DNA of 64,000 nucleotides from an uncultured Kiloniellales bacterium (GTDB lineage: Bacteria > Actinomycetota > Acidimicrobiia > Spongiisociales > UBA5794), in the NCBI GenBank assembly GCA_964196275.1, contig CAXMSN010000114.1, forward strand, positions 2,674 through 66,673. The letters are read 5' to 3'. Positions 57,958 through 64,000 of the stretch are shown here, piece by piece. The notes below the pieces were generated by a model, which saw nothing but the letters and a program-made list of their open reading frames with translations, ran no database searches and was not told where the DNA came from. Positions within the stretch are counted from its first letter, which is position 1. Each line of letters opens with the position of its first letter. A program made the translations under genes and the position numbers.

Positions 57958-58956
57958 CTATCGATACCGCTTGAGCCCAACGGCCTTTCGAACCTGCTCC
58001 TGATACGGCTGGACGAGCTCACTCGCCTTCCGACCCGAGTCCTTGAGCACCTGCCTGGCGTCACCGTTCGAGATGTTGTTGTAGGCATCCTTGATGGGCG
58101 CAAGCTCCTCAACGACGGTCTCGGCGACGGCCTCCTTGAACGCTCCGTACCCACCGTCGGCGTACTCGTCTACCAGCGATTCGACACTGCGGTTGGTGCA
58201 AGCGGCCATGATGTCGAGCAGGTTCGAGATACCAGGCTTGACTGCGATGTCGTAGCGAACCTCAGGATCACTGTCGGTGACGGCGCTCTTGATCCGCTTG
58301 CGGATCACATCGGCATCGTCGAGCAGGGAGATGCTGCTCTTCAATTGCGTATCGGACTTCGACATCTTCGACGTTGGATCTGTGAAGGACATAACCCGTG
58401 CTGATGTCGCGGGCACGTACGCATCCGGGATGGGAAATACGTCGCCGTATCTGTTGTTGAAACGCTCGGCCAGGTCCCTTGTCACTTCCAGATGCTGACG
58501 TTGGTCGTCGCCGACCGGTACGAGATTTGCCCTGTACAGCAGTATGTCCGCGGCCATCAGGACCGGGTATGAGTACAGCCCGAGATTGGAGGCGTGACCG
58601 GCTTCCGTCTTGTCCTTGAACTGGGTCATCCGGTTGAGCACGCCCATCGGCATGAGGGTTCCGAGGATCCATGCAAGCTCTGAGTGCTCGGGAACCTGAC
58701 TCTGTGTGTAGAGCAGCGATCTGTCGGAGTCGATCCCAAGAGCAAGCAGAACTTTGGCCGTGTTGATACGCGACTTCTCGAGTTCCACCGGGTCGTATTC
58801 GACTGTCATCGCATGGAGGTCGACGATGCAATAGATCGCGTCGTAATCGGCCTGGAGGCTCACCCAGTTCCGGAATGCGCCGAGGTAGTTGCCAAGGTGG
58901 ATGTTTCCCGTTGGCTGTACGCCGGAAAATATCCGCTGCTTGGCTTCACCGCTCAC
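57958..58956 (-). CDS. trpS: tryptophan--tRNA ligase
   Basis: SGVQPTGNIHLGNY (HIGH-type) and KMSKS. GTG 58956 lies 6 nt after GAGGAG. The 118 upstream codons of the track ORF run through repeat DNA. Confidence 0.9.
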   Translation of the reverse strand: MSGEAKQRIFSGVQPTGNIHLGNYLGAFRNWVSLQADYDAIYCIVDLHAMTVEYDPVELEKSRINTAKVLLALGIDSDRSLLYTQSQVPEHSELAWILGTLMPMGVLNRMTQFKDKTEAGHASNLGLYSYPVLMAADILLYRANLVPVGDDQRQHLEVTRDLAERFNNRYGDVFPIPDAYVPATSARVMSFTDPTSKMSKSDTQLKSSISLLDDADVIRKRIKSAVTDSDPEVRYDIAVKPGISNLLDIMAACTNRSVESLVDEYADGGYGAFKEAVAETVVEELAPIKDAYNNISNGDARQVLKDSGRKASELVQPYQEQVRKAVGLKRYR

Positions 58957-59002
58957 GACGTGCTCCTCGTACGACCAACCGTAAGCGCCGACGGTAGTAG
59001 CT

Positions 59003-59051
59003 GAAGACAACAGACCACAGACCAGCAGAGGACTACGGACCACGGACCAGC
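59003..59051. repeat. mixed heptamer array x7 (ACAGACC x2 ... GACCACG x2)
   Basis: gaagaca acagacc acagacc agcagag gactacg gaccacg gaccagc. Confidence 0.8.
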
Positions 59052-59059
59052 ATTGGCTC

Positions 59060-59106
59060 CGTCCCCCTTTCAAGGGGGACGGTCGAGCGCAGCGAGCCAG
59101 GGGGAT
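59060..59106 (-). repeat. REP-like hairpin element, copy 8 (reverse)
   Basis: CGTCCCCCTTTCAAGGGGGACGGTCGAGCGCAGCGAGCCAGGGGGAT. Flanked on both sides by heptamer arrays. Confidence 0.85.
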
Positions 59107-59112
59107 GTCTGG

Positions 59113-59147
59113 TCGGACTTCGGATTTCGGACTTCCGACTTCGGATC
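59113..59147. repeat. heptamer array TCGGACT-type x5
   Basis: tcggact tcggatt tcggact tccgact tcggatc. Same unit family as 37056-37090. Confidence 0.85.
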
Positions 59148-59166
59148 TCTTCTGTACTGTGTGGCG

Positions 59167-60915
59167 ATGGATGGCTCTACGCGGCGACTGGCTGCGATCT
59201 TGGTTACGGACGTTGTCGGGTACTCGGCGCTGATGGCTGAGGACGAAGCTGGCACCCTCGCCGCCCTCTTGGCGCATCGGAACGCCACCGACCCTGTCAT
59301 CTTGAATCATGGGGGGCGGATCGTGAAGTCCACCGGCGACGGCGTACTCGTTGAGTTCGCATCGGCCACCGCAGCGGTCTCAGCGGCGTCGCAGGTACAA
59401 GAGTTGATGCTGGAACGAAACGCAGAACTGCCGGAGTCTCGACGGATGCTCGTGCGTCTCGGAATCAACCTTGACGAGATAGTGGTGGATGACACAGGCG
59501 ACATCTTCGGCGACGGTGTCAACGTCGCGGCGAGGGTGGAGACGCTCTCCGACCCTGGCGGCATCGCTGTTACGAACGCCGTCTACGAAGCGGTGAGAGG
59601 AAAGACGGAGGCTGAATTCACCGACGATGGTGAGCACGATCTCAAGAACATCCCTCGGCCGGTGCGGGTGTGGAAGACCCTGGGCACACCGACGGCGGAG
59701 ACCTCATCGGATCCGGTTCGGCGAACACTCGCCACTGTTGCCGTGCTGCCGTTCGACAACATGAGCGATGACGCTGCGCAGGAGTATTTCTCAGACGGCA
59801 TCACCGAGGACCTCATCACGGCGCTTTCCTACGATGCGTACCTGGCCGTGGTCGCCCGGAACTCGACGTTTGCGTACAAGGGACACTCCAGGGACATCCG
59901 AACCATCGCACGCGAACTCGATGCGACGCACGTCATCGAAGGCAGCGTCCGAAAATCGGGTAGCCGAATCAGGGTGACGGCGCAGCTCATCGACGCCGAG
60001 ACTGGCCATCACGTCTGGGCTGAACGGTACGACCGGGAACTACACGACATCTTCGACGTCCAGGATGAACTGGTTGACGCGATCAGAGCCAGACTCACAC
60101 CGGCACTGTGGGAGACGGCTGGGCGCCGGAGATCCACAGGCGACATCGGCTCCTTCGACGCATGGGATCTGACGATACGCGGACAGTTCGAGGCAAATCG
60201 GTACACGATCGAGGGACTCCTCGCCGGAATCGAGTTCTTCGACAGTGCCAAAGCGCTCGATCCAACATTTGCAGAGGCCTTCGCATACTCAGCCAGAGCC
60301 TGGTTCTTCCTCGCGTTCTTTGGCTGGCGCGACGACACCGTCAACCCCTGGCACCGTGGCGGGGAAGACGCTGAACTCGCCTACGCACTTGCGAGCGACA
60401 ACTACCAGACGTTGGGCGCGATGACGCTGGCGACGGGCTTGGCAGGAGATGTCGATGAAGCCAAGCGACTGGCCCACAGGATGGTCGAACTCAACCCGCT
60501 CGGTTATCTCGGCTTCCACGTGTTGGGAGCGATCTTGGCAGGAGAAGGCAGGCTGGACGAAGCCGTCGAGGCGTCCACGAACGCGTGGAGGCTCGGCCGC
60601 CACGAACCTTTGCGTTTCGACACAGCGAGCGACCTCGGCTATGCCCATTACCTCCTCGGCAGTTACGAGGCGGCCGTGGCGTGGGGAAGGCAGTCCGTCG
60701 ATCTTGTACCCGACTACCTGCAATCGAACATGCTGTTGGCTCTGGCGTATGCACAGCTCGGACGGACAGAAGAGGGGCAGCGACACGTCGACAACATGCT
60801 CGCTTCGAGGCCGGGCTTCAGTTGTGCGAAGCAACGCACACGTTGGGTGTACCGACGCGAACAGGATCGTGACCTCCTCACCGATGGCCTGATCAAGGCG
60901 GGTCTACCTGAGTAA
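59167..60915 (+). CDS. class III adenylate/guanylate cyclase fused to a TolB-like linker and TPR domain
   Basis: AAILVTDVVGYSALM, KSTGDGVLVEF, GDGVNVAARVE. The C-terminal half is TPR-like. Start set at Met 59167, downstream of the repeat block. Confidence 0.8.
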   Translation: MDGSTRRLAAILVTDVVGYSALMAEDEAGTLAALLAHRNATDPVILNHGGRIVKSTGDGVLVEFASATAAVSAASQVQELMLERNAELPESRRMLVRLGINLDEIVVDDTGDIFGDGVNVAARVETLSDPGGIAVTNAVYEAVRGKTEAEFTDDGEHDLKNIPRPVRVWKTLGTPTAETSSDPVRRTLATVAVLPFDNMSDDAAQEYFSDGITEDLITALSYDAYLAVVARNSTFAYKGHSRDIRTIARELDATHVIEGSVRKSGSRIRVTAQLIDAETGHHVWAERYDRELHDIFDVQDELVDAIRARLTPALWETAGRRRSTGDIGSFDAWDLTIRGQFEANRYTIEGLLAGIEFFDSAKALDPTFAEAFAYSARAWFFLAFFGWRDDTVNPWHRGGEDAELAYALASDNYQTLGAMTLATGLAGDVDEAKRLAHRMVELNPLGYLGFHVLGAILAGEGRLDEAVEASTNAWRLGRHEPLRFDTASDLGYAHYLLGSYEAAVAWGRQSVDLVPDYLQSNMLLALAYAQLGRTEEGQRHVDNMLASRPGFSCAKQRTRWVYRREQDRDLLTDGLIKAGLPE

Positions 60916-60959
60916 CAGCAACGGTCGGTAGTCGCGACCTCGCCGGCACATCACCAACG

Positions 60960-61499
60960 TCAGCAGGCAATCGCCTCAGCCGACGTCACTTGAGAAAGGA
61001 ACGACACGATCATGTCATCGAGATCAGAATCGAGCGTTTCGAGCTTCGCCCGGGCATTGCCAACGGCGAGGTCGTGTGGAGGAAGGTCAGCCCGCATATT
61101 CGTGAGGATGAGGCGCATTCCCGCGAGCCCCGTAACTCCGCCACCTGCCCCGGGGGTAGCACTGACGAGACCGACCCTCTTGTCTTCAAGAGGGCGCTTG
61201 GTCACTCGGGACACCCAGTCGATCGCGTTTTTGAGCACGGGTGTCGGACCGCCGTTGTACTCGGGAGACACGATCACGACAGCTCTTGCGGATTTGATGA
61301 GGTCGTGAAGTTGAATCGCGGCCACCGGAGGGCCCTCTGCCTCTTCGAGGTCGAAGTTGTAGATGGGCATGTCGAAGTCTGCGAGGTCGACGAACTGCGC
61401 ATCGATGCCGCCCTCATTCGCAATCACTGCAATGTGCCGCGCCAACTCGGCGTTGAGCGACGCCTTTCGGGTCGACCCGGCGAGAATGAGCATGTCCAT
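60960..61499 (-). CDS. NADPH-dependent FMN reductase family protein
   Basis: ILAGSTRKASLN...SPEYNGG.....KNAIDW pattern. Confidence 0.8.
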   Translation of the reverse strand: MDMLILAGSTRKASLNAELARHIAVIANEGGIDAQFVDLADFDMPIYNFDLEEAEGPPVAAIQLHDLIKSARAVVIVSPEYNGGPTPVLKNAIDWVSRVTKRPLEDKRVGLVSATPGAGGGVTGLAGMRLILTNMRADLPPHDLAVGNARAKLETLDSDLDDMIVSFLSQVTSAEAIAC

Positions 61500-61530
61500 G
61501 AGAATCCGTCCAAAAGCCAGGTATATGCAA

Positions 61531-61559
61531 TTGTAAACATATGGACGATTTTCGATATT
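61531..61559 (+). promoter_or_regulatory. candidate housekeeping-sigma promoter for the cimA leader (TTGTAA-17-GATATT)
   Basis: AT-rich patch in an otherwise GC-rich region, about 60 nt upstream of the leader ORF. By-eye match only. Confidence 0.3.
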
Positions 61560-61621
61560 CCGGTTGGTGTCCGCCTACTGACCTTGACCGCCACGGCGAA
61601 ACCGTGCATACTCGTCGCTCC

Positions 61622-61660
61622 ATGACGAAACGAACCGCAACCACCATCATCATTACGTAG
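61622..61660 (+). CDS. candidate leader peptide MTKRTATTIIIT (Thr/Ile-rich) of a cimA attenuator
   Basis: 12-codon ORF: ATG ACG AAA CGA ACC GCA ACC ACC ATC ATC ATT ACG TAG. It is followed by a hairpin and an intrinsic terminator before cimA. No clear SD sequence. Confidence 0.45.
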   Translation: MTKRTATTIIIT

Positions 61661-61688
61661 GCACACGCGTCCCAACCGACGTGTGTGC
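61661..61688 (+). promoter_or_regulatory. leader hairpin immediately after the leader-peptide stop codon
   Basis: GCACACGCGT (61661-70) pairs with ACGTGTGTGC (61679-88). 10 bp with 1 mismatch, 8-nt loop. Confidence 0.45.
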
Positions 61689-61692
61689 TGCC

Positions 61693-61723
61693 GAACCCTC
61701 CGAACCCGGAGGGTTCTTTCGTT
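61693..61723 (+). terminator. intrinsic terminator / attenuator in the cimA 5' leader
   Basis: GAACCCTCCG-aacc-CGGAGGGTTC (10-bp perfect GC-rich stem) followed by TTTCGTT. Ends 12 nt before the cimA ATG. Confidence 0.6.
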
Positions 61724-61734
61724 GGAGTACAACC

Positions 61735-63315
61735 ATGAACAGAACAGTCGAGATCTACGACACCACGCTCAGAGATGGCATCCAGCAGGAGGGCATCTCC
61801 CTGACACCGCGCGACAAGTTGAAGATCTGCGCACTGCTCGATGATCTCGGCGTCGCCTATGTCGAAGGCGGGTGGCCAGGTGCCAACCCCAAAGAGGATG
61901 AGTTCTTCAGGCGGGCTCAGACGGAACTCGATATGACGAACGCGACGCTGGTCGCATTCGGCGCCACGCGGAAGGCCGGTATCCGGGTCGAAGATGACGC
62001 CCAGGTAGCCAAACTCCTCGAAGCGGGGACATCCACCGTGTGTCTTGTCGGAAAGTCGTGGGACTATCACGTCGAGCATGCGTTACGTACTTCGCTCGAC
62101 GAGGCGGTCGCGATGGTTGCGGACACGGTCGCCTACTTTCGCTCCCACGACCGCGAAGTGTTCTTCGACGCAGAGCACTTCTTCGACGGGTACCGAGACA
62201 ACCCTGAATTTGCGACCGCCATCCTCCAGGGTGCCCTCGATGCGGGGGCAGCGAGGCTGGTCATGTGCGACACGAACGGTGGATTCCTTTCACACGAGGT
62301 GGAGAGGATCATCGGGGAGGTAACGGACAAGGTGTCAGATGGGACATTCGGCTGTCACTTCCACAACGACTCGGGGCTGGCCGTCGGCAACTCGATCACG
62401 GCAGTACAGGCCGGAGTGCACCAGGTCCAAGGATGTGTCAACGGATACGGGGAACGAACAGGGAACGCTGATCTGTGCTCCGTGATCCCGAACCTCTCAC
62501 TCAAGATGGACTACGAGACGATCCCCCGCGACCGAATCAGCAAGCTCACAACGATCTCCCATCACGTCGCCGAAGTCGTGAACCTGACACTGAACCCCCA
62601 TCTCCCCTACGTCGGGTCGTCTGCGTTCACCCACAAAGCCGGACTCCACACGTCTGCGATCGCAAGGAAGCCAGATGCGTATGAGCATCTCGATCCGACG
62701 TCGATCGGCAACGCAGCGCGTATGGTCGTGTCCGAACTCGCTGGCCGTTCAACGATCCTGGCAAAGGCAGACGCGTTCGGGCTCGATCTCGACGCTGACC
62801 AGGCACAACGCGTGGTCGATGCGATCAAGGAACGAGAGCATCTTGGGTATCTGTACGAAGCTGCAGGGGGATCGTTCGAGTTACTTGCTCGATCTGCTGC
62901 CGGGTGGGATCAGGACTTCTTTCAACTTGAGTCGTACCGGGTGTACGTCGAGAACCGACACGACGAGGTCATCGCTGAAGCCACCGTGAAGGTCGTCGTT
63001 GATGGTGAACGCATCGTCTCGACACGGGAGGGTGACGGCCCGGTGTCGGCGCTGGATCGGGCTCTGCGAGCTGCACTCGCGGGCCGCCATCCCGAAGTAG
63101 ATGCGATCAAGCTCACCGACTACCGCGTGCGCGACCTCGACAGTTCAGATGGCACGAGTGCACGCGTCCGGGTGCTGACAGAGCACAGCGACATTCACAC
63201 CGTTTGGGGAAGCGTCGGCGTCCACCAGAACATCATCGACGCCTCGTGGACGGCGGTTTCGGATGGCTTGCTCATCGGGCTCGTCCGGCACCACGAGCGG
63301 GGCCTCGAGGAATAA
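61735..63315 (+). CDS. cimA: citramalate synthase (LeuA/CimA family, long form with C-terminal regulatory domain)
   Basis: Start MNRTVEIYDTTLRDGIQQEG lies 8 nt after GGAG. HFHND and GER.GNA motifs. About 526 aa with a LeuA-dimer-type C-terminus. Confidence 0.85.
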   Translation: MNRTVEIYDTTLRDGIQQEGISLTPRDKLKICALLDDLGVAYVEGGWPGANPKEDEFFRRAQTELDMTNATLVAFGATRKAGIRVEDDAQVAKLLEAGTSTVCLVGKSWDYHVEHALRTSLDEAVAMVADTVAYFRSHDREVFFDAEHFFDGYRDNPEFATAILQGALDAGAARLVMCDTNGGFLSHEVERIIGEVTDKVSDGTFGCHFHNDSGLAVGNSITAVQAGVHQVQGCVNGYGERTGNADLCSVIPNLSLKMDYETIPRDRISKLTTISHHVAEVVNLTLNPHLPYVGSSAFTHKAGLHTSAIARKPDAYEHLDPTSIGNAARMVVSELAGRSTILAKADAFGLDLDADQAQRVVDAIKEREHLGYLYEAAGGSFELLARSAAGWDQDFFQLESYRVYVENRHDEVIAEATVKVVVDGERIVSTREGDGPVSALDRALRAALAGRHPEVDAIKLTDYRVRDLDSSDGTSARVRVLTEHSDIHTVWGSVGVHQNIIDASWTAVSDGLLIGLVRHHERGLEE

Positions 63316-63354
63316 CACAAACGCCCACCGTCTGCCATGCTTGAGGAAGCGAGC

Positions 63355-64000
63355 ATGGAGCGGAACATGACCAGACCGATCACGCCAGCAGACCTCTGGA
63401 ACCTCCGTCGAGTCGGCCAACCCGAACATGTTCCGAACACCACGAAGGCTGTCGTGGCCGTCTCCGATTACCACGACGACGGCAAGGAGGCCAGCGTCCT
63501 CCACCTCGTCGACCGCGACGGTACGACCGTGCAGATCACCGACCGCGGCATCAAGGCGACATCGCCATCTCCGTCACCAGACGGCGGGCGAATCGCGTTC
63601 CTCGGATTGACGGGCGGGGGCGAGGACAGCCAGATCTATGTGGTCCCGGGTTCCGGCGGAGATGCAACCAAGGTCACCGACTTCCCTCGTGGCGTTCGCG
63701 CGTTCGAGTGGGTCCCCGGCAGCAATGCGCTCATCGCCGCCGTGCGCCTCTACAGGGATCACCTGACAGTCGAAGCCACCGCCTCACACAAAGAGGACAG
63801 AGAAGACAAGACGCTGCCTGTCGTCACCGAGGATCGCAACTACCGGTTCTGGAAGAGATGGCTTGCGGGAGAAACGATCGATCATCTCTTCGTCATCGAC
63901 CTCGACTCCGGTGAATCAGAGGATCTGACACCGAACATCGACAAGCTCATCGCGTATGACGACATCGCAGGCACCTTCACGGTCACTCCCGACGGAGCTA
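63355..64000 (+). CDS. S9-family (prolyl oligopeptidase / acylaminoacyl-peptidase-like) protein, N-terminal beta-propeller part (3' end outside window)
   Basis: I translated this frame by hand and it is open to the window end. It is absent from the ORF track because it has no stop. ITPADLWNLRRVGQP...SPDGGRIAF...IYVVPGSGG..TKVTDFP is typical of S9 propeller N-termini. Confidence 0.6.
   Translation, partial: MERNMTRPITPADLWNLRRVGQPEHVPNTTKAVVAVSDYHDDGKEASVLHLVDRDGTTVQITDRGIKATSPSPSPDGGRIAFLGLTGGGEDSQIYVVPGSGGDATKVTDFPRGVRAFEWVPGSNALIAAVRLYRDHLTVEATASHKEDREDKTLPVVTEDRNYRFWKRWLAGETIDHLFVIDLDSGESEDLTPNIDKLIAYDDIAGTFTVTPDGA

Noticed and set aside
58957-59310. N-terminal 118-codon extension of the trpS ORF, and the 38-codon extension of the cyclase ORF (59053-59166)
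   Set aside because: Both extensions are translations of heptamer arrays and the REP hairpin. Good internal starts exist: GTG 58956 after GAGGAG, and ATG 59167. The homologous protein families begin at those points.

Overview
High-GC, gene-dense chromosomal core segment with about 62 CDS. By eye I found no rRNA, tRNA, transposase, prophage, CRISPR or recognisable defence genes. The lineage looks actinobacterial. Support for that: WhiB, DivIVA, a UPF0182 plus PDZ/Lon-like pair, a mycothiol-type DinB enzyme, an F420-associated DUF2342 metalloprotease, and pcrA/uvrD - sucCD - purNH synteny as in Mycobacterium.

Coding content, left to right:
- A PLD fragment, UPF0182, DivIVA-domain protein, PDZ/Lon-like protease, sortase and BioY.
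- A partial phenylacetate (paa) set (paaI, paaN, thiolase) wrapped around a Liv-type ABC importer and an acyl-CoA ligase.
- MoaE, HtrA, a metalloprotease, a peroxiredoxin, a Na/Pi transporter with a PhoU-like protein, and an acyl-CoA dehydrogenase.
- A whiB - tatA - ECF sigma - anti-sigma - RseB/MucB-like operon.
- sdhCAB, HU, mdh, icd, folD-purH-purN, sucCD and a stand-alone B12-binding mutase subunit.
- pcrA, an orphan CheA-like hybrid kinase, guaB3-guaA, trpS, a class III cyclase with TPR, and cimA.

The coding content is mostly ordinary housekeeping. The unusual signals are mainly non-coding:
1. A family of tandem heptanucleotide arrays in at least 12 intergenic spacers.
2. A roughly 48-nt REP-like hairpin element in 8 copies, with compensatory stem changes. 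It is often fused to the heptamer arrays. Twice it is arranged as an inverted pair, and those two pairs bracket the 9-kb ABC/ligase/paaN block.
3. A Thr/Ile-rich leader peptide plus an intrinsic terminator in front of citramalate synthase.
4. A proteobacterial-style sigmaE / membrane anti-sigma / RseB module with a GGAAC-N17-CGTT promoter.

Everything comes from visual reading plus the ORF track. No searches or folding programs were run, so coordinates of repeats and regulatory sites are approximate to a few nt.
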